IMG/VR virus record: IMGVR_UViG_3300020398_000001
Coordinates: 1-59,702 of that record
Reading direction: 5' to 3' (one strand)
DNA: 59,702 bases
Source of the DNA: a virus
Lineage: Duplodnaviria; Caudoviricetes
The position numbers and the translations under genes are program-made. Within the stretch, counting starts at the first letter, position 1, and each line of letters begins with the position of its first letter. A model generated the notes under the pieces. The model was given only the letters and a program-made list of their open reading frames with translations, was not told where the DNA came from and searched no databases. Of this stretch, positions 37,301 to 45,621 are shown piece after piece.

Positions 37301-39304
37301 AAGCCTAGCAGGGCCTCCCCCAAATGGGATAGCCCTTACGGGGGCAGGAGGGACGGCGACTTCTGGTGCAACAGTAGTGTCAGGCTCTACAGTTGTATCT
37401 ACCGGCTTTGGTGTGGCCTCCTTGGCTGTTTTACCCGTGCCTTTAGCGGCTTCTCTGCCGAGTCTTTCTAAATACTTTTCTTTCCAACCGGGAATTTTTT
37501 CAATATTCCCTGCACCTATTTCCTTGTGCCTATTTAGCCCTTTGAGTGCCGTATTCTTGTGTTGCTCCAGCCATAGACGTATGTCGTCTTCACTTACCCT
37601 TTTATCAATAGCTTCGCTTACTGCCTTCGCTCTGGATTTTGCATTTTTTGGCCACGGGATATCAGAAGCTAGGTTATCAGGATCAACTGGCGTGTAGGCT
37701 TGAGCAGTGGCGAGAGTTTCTACTGGAACCTCTCCTACCACTGGGGCCTCTCCCTCTGCCGTTGTTACGTCAGGGGCCGTTGCTGTCTCTGTTGACGGTC
37801 GTGACGCAAGTTCGGCGCGCTTAATCTGATCGTCTTGGGTTTCAGGATCTCCGTTTTTTGTTCTTTGTAGGGCTGCTCTAAAATCTTCTACTTCTGCCCT
37901 CAGTGCGATCCCTTCCTTCGACGCTTTCTTACGGGTCGCGCCGACTGACGATCCTCTTGGCTCATCTATATCTTTCGCTTGATTTATGAGCCTATGAGCG
38001 TTTTGCTGGTGGCTCTTTAACCTATCATGTAAGTTTAGTAGACCCCGATAATCCGTGTCCTTTGCTACTTCTGCGTCAGTAAGCACATCCCGCTTTTGAC
38101 GTATTCTTTCGTTCACAGCCCTAATGCGTTCGGTAAGATCGTCACGCCAAGACGCGTCTATCCCATATTCCTCTAGTGCCCTGTCTTCGGCTAATTTTAA
38201 TTCTTCTTCGTCGCTTAATTTCGGTTCAGTTGTTTTTGCAGCATCAGCAGCATCAGCCTCTTGCTGTGCCACCTCTGCGGCTCTGTCTGCGCGCAAAGTA
38301 GCTCTGAATTCTGGTGTATCACCAATCTTCTCACGCGCACGTTCTTTGCCTATTACCGCGGCGCCTTCACCGCTGTATTTTGCTGTGATATCTGGATAGT
38401 CTTCGTCTGGTATTGCTTGAGGTGATCTTGTCCCGCCGAAGAACTCCCTCGCCCCGGATGGTCCCATAGCCGTGATATCTTGCTCGGTGTAGCCACGAGC
38501 CTGCAATTCATCTAGCTGTTTTTCTGCGCTTAGATGCTTAAACGGTTGGAAATCAGCGCTGTATCTGGCGCCCAAAGCGCCAGTAGTACCACCTATGGCA
38601 GCGCCTATACCGGCTCCGGCCGCGGCGCCAACCCCAACAGCCAATGCACCTCTCCCAAGAGAATACTCATCCTGAAGGCCAAGATGTATATCCCGTATCT
38701 GACGTGAAGTGTCTATTGCCCCCTCTTGGACGCCACTGATAATGCCCTCAGACGCAGCGCCACGCTTGGCGCCAGCCCATGCTGCCTTCGCCATATACTT
38801 ATTGGCTCTGTTTTGTAGGAGTAATACCCTAGCGGCATGACCGCCAGCCTTCAGGCCACTAAGTCCGGGGACAAGATTTAATGGGTCCGTGATAGCTGCA
38901 TAAGCTACGCCGGGAATCGCTTCCCATCCCCTGCCACCTTCTTGCCAGAAATGAGGCATCTGTCTCCAGACGTTCTCAATCCGACGCATACGTAGTCGTT
39001 GATTGGGATCAGTGTTAGCGGCGTAGACCGCCTCTCCGACTGCGGAAAAGGAGTTTAAATCAGCAAAGTTTCGATCCTGATAGAACCTATCTCTTAGGTC
39101 CTCATCGGTGTCGAAAAATTCATTTCTTTGTTGGTAATATACCCTGAGATCACTAAGGAATCTCGGATCGTAGAGAACCCTCTTTGGATCTATATTTAAT
39201 GAATAGTCATCTGGGTGGAAGTCTTGGGATGGAGCAGATTGTTGTCTAACAAGTTCCCGGCTTTGGGCAAGACGTTCTGCTGAGTTTGATGTCTTGGGTG
39301 GCAT
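28346..39304 (-). CDS. Giant internal virion/ejection 'polyvalent' protein (3652 aa)
   Basis: Last of the ejection genes; two zincin HEXXH motifs with downstream E; ART-PolyVal-like segment. Confidence 0.85.
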   Translation of the reverse strand: MPPKTSNSAERLAQSRELVRQQSAPSQDFHPDDYSLNIDPKRVLYDPRFLSDLRVYYQQRNEFFDTDEDLRDRFYQDRNFADLNSFSAVGEAVYAANTDPNQRLRMRRIENVWRQMPHFWQEGGRGWEAIPGVAYAAITDPLNLVPGLSGLKAGGHAARVLLLQNRANKYMAKAAWAGAKRGAASEGIISGVQEGAIDTSRQIRDIHLGLQDEYSLGRGALAVGVGAAAGAGIGAAIGGTTGALGARYSADFQPFKHLSAEKQLDELQARGYTEQDITAMGPSGAREFFGGTRSPQAIPDEDYPDITAKYSGEGAAVIGKERAREKIGDTPEFRATLRADRAAEVAQQEADAADAAKTTEPKLSDEEELKLAEDRALEEYGIDASWRDDLTERIRAVNERIRQKRDVLTDAEVAKDTDYRGLLNLHDRLKSHQQNAHRLINQAKDIDEPRGSSVGATRKKASKEGIALRAEVEDFRAALQRTKNGDPETQDDQIKRAELASRPSTETATAPDVTTAEGEAPVVGEVPVETLATAQAYTPVDPDNLASDIPWPKNAKSRAKAVSEAIDKRVSEDDIRLWLEQHKNTALKGLNRHKEIGAGNIEKIPGWKEKYLERLGREAAKGTGKTAKEATPKPVDTTVEPDTTVAPEVAVPPAPVRAIPFGGGPARLDKEGKPANPRAWAEQLKLSDEDIRAYIDAVGEEDALSKTKKIGSAQLKKIAKWKRERPSTPEGQPEVRLLSAEEVDGDVIEIRGVLEKLAAGAGGMTADDLRNTAKTLANSLQAQRGLQGTELEHAVDSVMKVWEEAWALDQANIQRFEALIDDADSSQMVASGGEPPSEIFEKLLTPQEMDIYNERLTHHITQTFGGSLKPEDVESARALAFQDTKRMTAARKVQTTSKKEQPRSAQAKIERAALLTTAGKDPATGRIQNILRSGRGTEWRDDGTGKMIPDRSIIGAGIGAREDINLNPQNLSRTEAWQIAEKEVEPYRELTQKEIRSLKKRLDKAEAAGDEAGVRTLSRLLRKPTPEELKIAFNGSRVTRSGVNLVDKSKTLGIVPYEAADGERIHSPHGSVLARPGQIVFADIKQKQVFDSEEYALRHRGVDASTEPTRATQPRITPEQVAEVIARNADTPENIAPELKALATQPTPVEYPKAGMSLNSPKGDMVIMLRYKGKQNIDEEVDLRVPSPRQIKEGATIKDIIGQKAGPKSDPNMWEKRWVPAEADYHMINSRLEAWEQSGLAKMEVNETEGRVRDSMNTRFRGDATGRGRPLILNSTEADGVTVRFAKWEIEKIAERIKLARARPELGNSIERVWSMEADTVRNRTIGEFSLEDEPVINIPVKVANTVVNFLDTQSNWPARAQDLEEHIDAIYMLHSRIRESVPEGFVLPEADRAAAVNNIGKIFSRFDPDVIAEAKSFIESLGGSPHHAPIIIPASKDTSPLENAYVFAGGKEQRLISNFFGQTPKLVRGGPVASHVVINPNDELMPALPRLYHEVAHWAYQHILTPEDRAEFWDAMRKYYSPEGGLRADHVRHKLAVKEVAPFTSADGKPLSFHSNSTDSPQEFFAQQFSQWATQGASEGVWNDENYWRRIAAYVKDVFSRYFNKDLIDPDLEPLFSKILPEPERLKWMWKSAGEPETKAGRHHLFKFTQLKDLQLKLEIALKNKDADGNLKNDPQNIVYAAGEIRDWIARQMSYDTVKRKYHHYDTLAKTAKILRHRLLDLSHIFKGFRAIGDPATQDWINEGIIDVETLGEFLGGTHQYTEAEYELDSAGFQIIDSGYDPAFAESKLVAEQAEEIRQLYEGPWVPTSMAGTFPAKGKFGEYTSDSQSVVMGHTSLQHAILLVKESLEDAYAKAEGLSMQDIPPSARGRGIKRGRRAVNQIVRRKQRSKANKKSHKSVQAASEKIRKGLKVKPAAASKEVDAATSQSLKSLTRTELLVEYGDHVGTPKGRQIELFLLEKSKTWPVQEQQIPITKEIRQAKKHELEASYLEAFRQGDWDKVNQLSYEMSRRIHQRKDSIKIQPLISEMRAFVDNEIDANRGLSSDDGIPQWASGGARVMLSYLTHRDPEIQHVARTMLYRMLNLAGKSTSRIGEVNVMTVADVAALAGVEPVGNPSAVFSDFTGPEFSKLRKDLRKLSIGLNKGEVTPIQIMHEIGHATLRAAQFPDDEMTAIRAAFKLSGPDSRKLFGTRASKNYPKLTNDAIEDVAAEEWFVEGWAQYLSERVTKNDAFKLSSDTTLENVQLRGDLNKAVDRLVEYVSYVVNGLIGRDDIKQTYRRMMFYGDMFEKPAGDPVYTAFKGQLTVPYQHAARVARRSLLESSDGRRELISDFVRTGNRFTSVNGEPVVYYHANTWGSQRLSNVDELEMSSSNTAGRPDRSGGYGISLYLEPKRAGRLRDNIWDQDSPEGSTPVQSTKLLDSINAESKPGKGWTKGDREELLALAQDSFETKQEISEIQARLAFQDNVRRGFPTTNFFEDASDTRSRLTELLDLDASIEERMGELGVDITPRVTPTYVRAVNTAAFDANTLYASDAPLIQRSLAWLHQNRIIDDEDVRDFHGELFGMSAAARRGEQDADYTQDTEITGADLLEVLEELIAGGVSTSRYNKTNPPEVIRGMLQEFGYDSMSIFHSRTYRASDGRMVDAGSHGLVAFDTDQVRHIEAATFSDRDARIYYSDFEGAANDVLRRDMNNTIVNDGRNAGSLPDDLEAEGMPPAEAEMLDRWKRKRGPFTEGNVEQVRLLSNIHLRNNSERMDRDGFHWAADWFGGFFPQHHRRFASIYFKLKDQLQELPDAKNAAQRWGSKVGEIGTLGRFGRSAAGRAVGKIVGQPESWGRIVRALRRGNDSRQFKSLTTKERDVAESIQAAFINERKALVAAGQWMGDRGDKYFPQIWRGEAIKANTPEFIDALVRYFTIERLAKGIEVDESSREGLEASARAVANRLQEDTSDGIIFPEHAKTSSAAENIDFSRIIHLDKHPSALKDLEPFLEGDIDFILTKYFEASTRRYLMVDKFGMNTHGLNDYQSVMSGGKEAIHRLLTANKVFRKTASTGERITFDQDTGDYIGESGHSPVMMTLTTQMPFSDGRLSPDQQKAWVDDIIDTHLREGRPGAEFLLRELGEKTLIPSSGGKLPKPYEVRMEAILGALDDSKTPEGHLFKRINSTHYDHLDNMMSVYNKKPVLGALGKPGLQASRAIRQFNNITLLSYTMFTSMGDVILPVIRSGSMGSALKAWRRYATDSDYRTMFRNTGTAIENIVHERMVYGYGATDGKLSTAFHNATLLTPWTDFMSKVSAAIGYESFKAQQRIANAQYRPGLPDSKQSRKYKVARRFLRVYGLEEYLPSGPKAHISLDGLESGLIAATTDASLPDGGAHHKLFAEAMIKFSKEATFVPNANDVPHWAQTPTMALVAQLKTFPLMMGRLVNEVLVNDTKLFGHDMGWWKLKDPDRVRGVGNPARVGLLFTLGPAGGLAANTAKDFIQFRGGEDNRSAETRAHRISETMAGRGAEAFMSAFGYNPKYHGTDVDKYIGHYLMGFALLGGFGLFGDMIHSSVESADDGAYGTLRMLGALGGPSVGLLGSAWNTGAGLLDLGIEGTEGPPGKRRQALREVASRVPFVGQNRFTRENMVDAVLPPAKEKSSSSGKWKLNRGTLR

Positions 39305-39341
39305 TTCGGTACTCCAGTTTCCGAAAACGGTACTAGAGCGT

Positions 39342-39372
39342 AAATTACCTAATCAGAAAGAGGGCGTCGTCC
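39342..39372 (-). promoter_or_regulatory. Putative late promoter GGACGAC-N18-TAATTT
   Basis: Intergenic, upstream of the giant gene. Confidence 0.7.
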
Positions 39373-41715
39373 TCATGGCTTATTTAGCAAGTCGGCTAGC
39401 AACAAATTCCCACCGCTTGTAGTGTTTAAATATTTTATGAAGCCTTCAATGCCTTGGTTAAATTTAAATCTACTCGCTAGGAAATCATCAGCCGCCTGCC
39501 TGACATCACTCTTATTCGAAGGCGTATTTACCCCCGGAGCATTATATTGAATGTTATTGTAATCCCAAGCCTGTACTAAATTGCGTCTTCTCCTGCCTAC
39601 CCCCCTAGTATGCTCATCCCATAGTTGCATAAGAGCAGAAAGACCTCCTCTGTCTCTTAGGAGGGCAGCATTCTTTTGCGGGTCTGCATACTGCACCCAA
39701 TCAATTGAAGGCGGCACGCCAGTGTTGGGGGCGTTTATGAGATTAACTGTTCCATTTAATAATTGCATCGATGGATTCGCGGTTGCATTTGCCGTGGCCT
39801 GTTGCTGGTCTATGGCTAATTCTGCATTTATTTCCTCATTTAGCGCGTTAACACCAGTCGCGCTTTGGCTTAATACTGACATTGTTGCATTGTCATCCCA
39901 TTGACTATCTATTCCAGAGCCTACCGTTATAAAGTCAATTTGATTTGTCTTTTCCCATTTCATTGTTTGTTCGCTGTCTGTAAGAAATCTAGCTAATTGG
40001 ACTTGCAGATCTTCGTATCTAATAATTCTTTCTTCAGGAGTGCTGGGTTGCTGCTGACTTTTAATATCAGCAAAAATTTCTCTATTGGTTGCTAGCTCTT
40101 CTTGTAGGTGATCACCCCAATTTTGCATATATACCGAGAATGAAGTAAGTGGCTGGACTTGGAATCTGTCTCCGTATTCTTTCGCGACCGCAGCCTTGGT
40201 TCTACCGGCAACCATACTTTGGTATTGCGAATCGTTTTGTAATACCGCTAAGAGTGACCCGGAATCAGCTATCGGTGTAAGGTGTTGCCTCATGTCCTTG
40301 CGCTCCCAGATTCTTGCAATCTGGTGTAGTTCTTGTGAATTTAAAACCAAGCCACTATTTGCTATCTGGTTAAGGGCGATTTCCATTTCCATCCCTAGCT
40401 TCGCAACTTTTGCATCGTCCCAGCCTTTTACATATTTGATCCCATCTTGGTCAAAATCTCTATATACGCTATCCAGTATAGACGTAATGATTGGCGGAAT
40501 ATTCTTGTCTCCAAGATTGCCACCCAATTGCTCAAACGCAGCCGTTGTGCCTCTCTCACTCTCTGTTGCAAAATTAATGCCAGCTTTTGCAGCGTCGGCA
40601 AGACGGTTTCGTTGTCTATCACTCTGCAAGTTCTGCGCTGCCATATCCAGCGTTGACATAATTCCCTTCACAAGAGGGCCACCCGGTGTCGCCATTAACT
40701 CTTTAACTATTTTCACCACATTAGGGGGGTACTGGTCAGACAGTTGGTCTACAATTGGTGATATCTCACCGATTACATTGGCATTCCCGTGCAAGATCTG
40801 CCCTGCATAGATCGGTGCGCGTGCGGAAACAGTGTCTGCAATTCGTTCTGTTAACTCTCTCACCTGAGCTTTTTCAATTTTGCTAATTTCCTGCGTGGCA
40901 ATGTTTGATATCTGGGTTTTTAATTGATCGGTCCATTGAAGGTCAGGGAATTGGTCTTCAACATTTGTAAATAATTCTTTGATATTACTATCATCATAGT
41001 GACCACTTTTCGACTTTTGTTCCACCCAGTCCGTTACTTTTATAAACAGTTGCTGCTCTAACGCCTTTTGCTTATCTGAGACTGCATCTTGCGCGTGGTC
41101 TACCATTCTCATAGCACGCTCAAGAGATATGCCAAATTTCTCAGAAATTATTTTTGGTGTAATCTGGTAATAAGGATTGTTAACCAGTTCTAAAACTTGC
41201 TTCTGCAATTGAACCCAATCTTGGGTATCAGTGTCTCGCAGCATCTGATCCGTGATACTAAAGTCCAGATCACCAAATTTATCTCGACCACCAAGCATTT
41301 GGTAAAATTGACCCTTAACATCTTCCGCACTACTACCTTTTCCTTGAGATGGGCGGTTAAGAATAAGCTGCTTAATCAATTTTTGGGCGTTGTCTCGAAG
41401 AGCTATCTGTGAATTTGCCTCCGACATCCTTAGGGCAGCATCTTCTAAAACAGCCTTCCGCTTATTCTCCCCTGCGATCATAGATAGAAAATCGTCGCCT
41501 CTTAAATGAGATGTCTGCCACGACTCCCCATGCGGAGTTAATCTATCTAGCATACCCTCAAGATCTTCTTGCGTTGCTCTTGGGAATTGCTTTCTCATTT
41601 CACCGAATAGACGTGCTTTTTCGGCTCTAGTATCGCTTTCAAAGCCCTTACGCTTCTGCATTCCTGAGTAGAAGCCACCGGCGAATCTTCCTAATGGGTT
41701 TAATATACTAGGCAT
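39373..41715 (-). CDS. Putative internal virion (ejection) protein, 780 aa
   Basis: Position; helical Q-rich composition; LGRFAGGFYSG N-terminus. Confidence 0.65.
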   Translation of the reverse strand: MPSILNPLGRFAGGFYSGMQKRKGFESDTRAEKARLFGEMRKQFPRATQEDLEGMLDRLTPHGESWQTSHLRGDDFLSMIAGENKRKAVLEDAALRMSEANSQIALRDNAQKLIKQLILNRPSQGKGSSAEDVKGQFYQMLGGRDKFGDLDFSITDQMLRDTDTQDWVQLQKQVLELVNNPYYQITPKIISEKFGISLERAMRMVDHAQDAVSDKQKALEQQLFIKVTDWVEQKSKSGHYDDSNIKELFTNVEDQFPDLQWTDQLKTQISNIATQEISKIEKAQVRELTERIADTVSARAPIYAGQILHGNANVIGEISPIVDQLSDQYPPNVVKIVKELMATPGGPLVKGIMSTLDMAAQNLQSDRQRNRLADAAKAGINFATESERGTTAAFEQLGGNLGDKNIPPIITSILDSVYRDFDQDGIKYVKGWDDAKVAKLGMEMEIALNQIANSGLVLNSQELHQIARIWERKDMRQHLTPIADSGSLLAVLQNDSQYQSMVAGRTKAAVAKEYGDRFQVQPLTSFSVYMQNWGDHLQEELATNREIFADIKSQQQPSTPEERIIRYEDLQVQLARFLTDSEQTMKWEKTNQIDFITVGSGIDSQWDDNATMSVLSQSATGVNALNEEINAELAIDQQQATANATANPSMQLLNGTVNLINAPNTGVPPSIDWVQYADPQKNAALLRDRGGLSALMQLWDEHTRGVGRRRRNLVQAWDYNNIQYNAPGVNTPSNKSDVRQAADDFLASRFKFNQGIEGFIKYLNTTSGGNLLLADLLNKP

Positions 41716-41717
41716 AA

Positions 41718-43277
41718 TTAACCACCATAGGGGGTTATGGGGCCGGTGGTTGGTGGGGTGACGGTAGTATTATTGTTGGGCCACCATTCCGCTGGGTTCC
41801 AAGGAATCTGGAAGTCGTTTATCTTGGGCACTACCGCTCCAGCCTGAGTAAATAATCCTTGTACTGCCTCGCCTGCCGTTGCTGCTGATTGCCCTGCTCT
41901 TAAAGCCTCAGCCGTCTCTAATGCCTGAGCATTACTAAGCATGTTGTTTCCTATGCTCGCAGCATTAGCGCCAGCCTGCTGACCACTTGGTAGATTCTGC
42001 GGGGTAAATTGATTAATGCCAGAGCGGATACTACCAAAAGTCTGCGGGAATGGTGGTAAATTCATAGTTTCCCCTACGCCAGTAGACACGTTTTGAAATC
42101 CTGTTGACGCAGCAGACTGTGGCTGTATTGGTGCGCCCCATCTAGTCCCGGTACTCGACACAGGACGATGGTAAGCAGAATCAACTCCACCTATTTCTGA
42201 TGGTAATACTGCGCTGCTTGGCGGCGCTAAAGTTCTTAGGCTCTCTAAGCCTGCCAAAGCAGTCGCCCCCGGCAATCCTGCCTGCGCGGTACGGAAATTC
42301 TGTAATTCCTGTTGAGTCGTCACATCGCCCTGCCTGATGCCTTGCCTGCCTGTCATATACGCAAGAGCCTCATCTCGCGCGCGCTCACGCGCGGCTGCAT
42401 ATTCTGGGATAAATCTTTCTGCAAGATCGCCCCTTGCTACAAGCCCAGCGGTACTTTCGTCCATGCCTCTTCGGATAAGATTTGCCTCTGTTTTTGAGCC
42501 AGCAAGTTTTAAAGCTCGGTCAACATCGCCTATTTGAATATCAGCCCTACGAGCCTCCTCCGTCGCTATATCTTGGTCAGTGGTAGCCCTGAATGTGGGT
42601 CTGTCAAATTCGCCTATTACGCCCTCTAATGTCGCGGTTAATGATTCTATTTGACTCAGAGTTCTGCCTCTTAGCTGTTCTTCTTGTTGACGTTCTTGTA
42701 CACGCTGATCTCCCAACAACCGGAAATTAGTTTCTGCAAATTCTCTATCTAATTCCTGTTTTTCTCTTTCATAATAATAATTAGTCAGATCTTCTGTGTA
42801 CTCCTTGCTTGCGGTTCGTCTGGCAAGTTCCAGCTGAGATCGCGCGAAACCTCTTTCTTCTTCAGTTATGTCTTGGTTGTTTGCTACCTGTTCAAGTTGA
42901 TATGCCCGTTGTGCCGCGGCCTTTTGGTCGTTAAAAACTTGCCTGTCAATGGCATATCGTCTGTCTTCCAGCGCTTGCGCTTTTAGCTGTTCGTACTCGT
43001 CTATATCTCGACGTCTCTCAGACGCCGAGATGCGGCTGTTAAGGAGGTCCTGTTGTTTTATATATTCTGTGTATTCTTGGTTGCGACGTCTATCGTCTTG
43101 TTGCAGCATTAAATTGTATCGCTGCAAATCCATCTGCTCTCGTTCCAGAGCCTGCCTTGCTTGCGCTGCTTGCGCGGCATATGCGGCATTTGTTTTGGCC
43201 GCGCCCATGCTTTGCATGGCGCTGACGCCGCCCATCGCAAGCTGGCCGATACCTAAGACTGCTGAGAAAGCGACCAC
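41718..43277 (-). CDS. Putative internal virion (ejection) protein, 519 aa
   Basis: Gly/Ala hydrophobic N-terminus then coiled coil; position. Confidence 0.65.
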   Translation of the reverse strand: MVAFSAVLGIGQLAMGGVSAMQSMGAAKTNAAYAAQAAQARQALEREQMDLQRYNLMLQQDDRRRNQEYTEYIKQQDLLNSRISASERRRDIDEYEQLKAQALEDRRYAIDRQVFNDQKAAAQRAYQLEQVANNQDITEEERGFARSQLELARRTASKEYTEDLTNYYYEREKQELDREFAETNFRLLGDQRVQERQQEEQLRGRTLSQIESLTATLEGVIGEFDRPTFRATTDQDIATEEARRADIQIGDVDRALKLAGSKTEANLIRRGMDESTAGLVARGDLAERFIPEYAAARERARDEALAYMTGRQGIRQGDVTTQQELQNFRTAQAGLPGATALAGLESLRTLAPPSSAVLPSEIGGVDSAYHRPVSSTGTRWGAPIQPQSAASTGFQNVSTGVGETMNLPPFPQTFGSIRSGINQFTPQNLPSGQQAGANAASIGNNMLSNAQALETAEALRAGQSAATAGEAVQGLFTQAGAVVPKINDFQIPWNPAEWWPNNNTTVTPPTTGPITPYGG

Positions 43278-43286
43278 TGTTACACC

Positions 43287-45152
43287 CTATGCTTGTATTA
43301 CACCAAGATTCGACGAGAACCCGGTGTTGTATCCACCACCCGCTCCTCCATACTCATCCTCTTCTTGTCTACGGGCCAGCAATGCTAAATATTCGGCCGC
43401 TGTTAAAGGCTGGGTACTCTGAAAATCTTGGAATTGTGGAACTCCGCCCGGACCTAAGGCAGCTAGAATTGACTGTCTTTCCCGACCCGACGCGCCGGTA
43501 GACGCTTCAAGGTCATTCTCAAGACGTTGCTTCTCTGAATTCAAACGGTCTTGGATTGATCCAATTTCGTCTAAGGCTTGAGTCGCATTAAAGAGTTGTT
43601 GCTTTTCTTCTACAAGACCAAGCTCATCAAGCTGGGCCTGTACCGCGGCAAGATCAGTGAAGGTGGTTATGCCGACATTTTCAAGCAACTCTCTGGCCCC
43701 TGTTTCTATTTCTGTACGTTTGGTCGATAGTTCTTGAAGACGTGTGTCTATTCCTGCTTGAGACTGGGCAATTGCTGCATTGACGTCTCCGACTCTACCG
43801 CCACTGAATGGAGCAAGATCACCTCCAACGCCAATTAAGCTAGACAAGCGTTCGCGAATTGCACCTTCGTCTTGAAGAGGAATTTCTCCGAGGCCGGAAC
43901 CAGCTACATTTGCTCTGGAAATCAGGTCATCCAGCGCACTGGAGCGTTGCCCCCTCAAGTCCGAAAGAGTCGTTCCAGCCCCAGTCAGCCTTGACTGAGC
44001 CGTCCCAAAATCAAACGGCAGAACTGAACTAAAGTTACCGAAATCCTCCTGAGACTCCGCTATCCTGTCTTCCAGAGATTGCAGGCCAGAGGAGGAATAG
44101 ATGCCTGTATCGGCAGCTTGGGATGCCACATCTCTACCTATACCACGAGCGCGGCTTTCTGCTCCCTGTATCCTAGATAGTTCAGACTCACGCTCGGCAA
44201 GACGTCCCTTTACATCACCTGATAAGGACTGCAAATTTTGCAGCGTCGGGCTGAAGTTAGTAGGAATGTCAGACCTGAAACGCTGTATCCCCAATTGTTG
44301 GGTCCCTATGTCGGTTCCCAATTGTCTCAAAGCGCCCTCATTGGCAATTGTTAGGGGTGCAAATGCGCCTCTGAGTGCGTCATACCCACCCTCTTGTGTA
44401 GTACGGAAATCTTCTATCCGCCCTAGTTCATCTGTTCGCCTTGTGCCGAGGTCAGTGAGTTCTGATTGTGCGGACCCAAGACGAGATTGGAGTGTTGGGA
44501 ATACGCCTTCCCCACTTGGATCACCGTATAATTGACTGGCAATAGGAGAAGTAAATCCTGAGATATTTCCTCTTAACTGGTCGAGGCTTGATCCTAATTG
44601 GTTAATCCCGAATTCATTGCCGATGCCCGTACGCCCAATGCCACCGCGTAAGGCAGCTATATTCCCAAGGGCACCACTTCTGAATTGGTTGACCCTACCT
44701 TCTTCTGCCCCTCTTTCGCGTCTTAGGCCCTCCAATGTGGAACTTAAGCCCCCTACTTGGCTTAGAAGAGAGGACCGTAAACCCTCATTTGGGTCTTGGA
44801 GAGCAGGGACATTAACGCTGACAGATCCCCAAGGGGACATGCCAGCGCTGGAGAAACTAGGTCTAGCCGTATTTACGTTGGCGGCGCTGATGCCAGCGCG
44901 CGCTTCGCCTAGTTGACTTCTGTAATCAGGCGCCCCTTCTCCTAAGTCTGCGATACTAAGACCTCCTATCTGGGAAGATAGGTCGGAAATACCTGCTTGC
45001 TGACCTCCTAATTGCTGGTTAAAGGCAGCGACTGACTGATTATAGGCATCAGCTTCAGTCTGGTATTCAGCAGACTGTTCCGTCGCCCAACCAGCTTTCT
45101 CCTTCGTATAATCGGGGGGAGGCGGAGGCGGTTTGCTCCCATACATACCCAT
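43287..45152 (-). CDS. Putative internal virion protein, 621 aa, with helical repeats
   Basis: MG...KPPPPPPDY N-terminus typical of podovirus ejection proteins; ~60-aa repeats. Confidence 0.65.
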   Translation of the reverse strand: MGMYGSKPPPPPPDYTKEKAGWATEQSAEYQTEADAYNQSVAAFNQQLGGQQAGISDLSSQIGGLSIADLGEGAPDYRSQLGEARAGISAANVNTARPSFSSAGMSPWGSVSVNVPALQDPNEGLRSSLLSQVGGLSSTLEGLRRERGAEEGRVNQFRSGALGNIAALRGGIGRTGIGNEFGINQLGSSLDQLRGNISGFTSPIASQLYGDPSGEGVFPTLQSRLGSAQSELTDLGTRRTDELGRIEDFRTTQEGGYDALRGAFAPLTIANEGALRQLGTDIGTQQLGIQRFRSDIPTNFSPTLQNLQSLSGDVKGRLAERESELSRIQGAESRARGIGRDVASQAADTGIYSSSGLQSLEDRIAESQEDFGNFSSVLPFDFGTAQSRLTGAGTTLSDLRGQRSSALDDLISRANVAGSGLGEIPLQDEGAIRERLSSLIGVGGDLAPFSGGRVGDVNAAIAQSQAGIDTRLQELSTKRTEIETGARELLENVGITTFTDLAAVQAQLDELGLVEEKQQLFNATQALDEIGSIQDRLNSEKQRLENDLEASTGASGRERQSILAALGPGGVPQFQDFQSTQPLTAAEYLALLARRQEEDEYGGAGGGYNTGFSSNLGVIQA

Positions 45153-45154
45153 CT

Positions 45155-45619
45155 TTAGTCTCCTTTAAGCCAGTCTTCGAATGTTTCTCCGCTATTCGAA
45201 TGAGACTCTTTAAATAAATCTTCGACAACGCTCATTGCGTGATCCATGCCACCAGTCAGAACTGCTGTAGTCCACATAACCTGTTCAACTAACTCACGGT
45301 AAATATAGGCAAACATCCTAGCTTTCCCGTCCTCTGACTTCCGCCATTTCTCACTTACCTTCCACGCCAGTATGGCGTTTGCCATAACCGGAAACAGGGC
45401 TATTTTGTTTTCCATGTAAAATGGGTCTAATTGTAAAGTTATCGTAGTTCTGTAAAGTAGGTCTGCCATATCTGAAACAATATTTTCCGAATCCCCGTCC
45501 GCTATATTGTCCGCCAATCGGGTGATGGCAGCTAAGTTCATCATAAATTCTGCCGCTTGTTTGTTTCCGTTTGACCAACGGGTTAATAATTCCCGCATTT
45601 TTTCGTCTGGGAGTGCCAT
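45155..45619 (-). CDS. Hypothetical all-alpha protein with a DDxxD-like motif
   Basis: LADNIADGD; DPFY. Confidence 0.65.
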   Translation of the reverse strand: MALPDEKMRELLTRWSNGNKQAAEFMMNLAAITRLADNIADGDSENIVSDMADLLYRTTITLQLDPFYMENKIALFPVMANAILAWKVSEKWRKSEDGKARMFAYIYRELVEQVMWTTAVLTGGMDHAMSVVEDLFKESHSNSGETFEDWLKGD

Positions 45620-45621
45620 TT

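Noticed and set aside
28346-39304. N4-like virion RNA polymerase (similar size)
   Set aside because: I found no RNAP catalytic motifs by eye; peptidase and ART motifs fit a polyvalent protein better. An HMM check is still advisable
39305-39340. Leader hairpin TTTCGG...CCGAAA and AGTACCG direct repeat before the giant gene
   Set aside because: Single short instance; cannot be distinguished from chance
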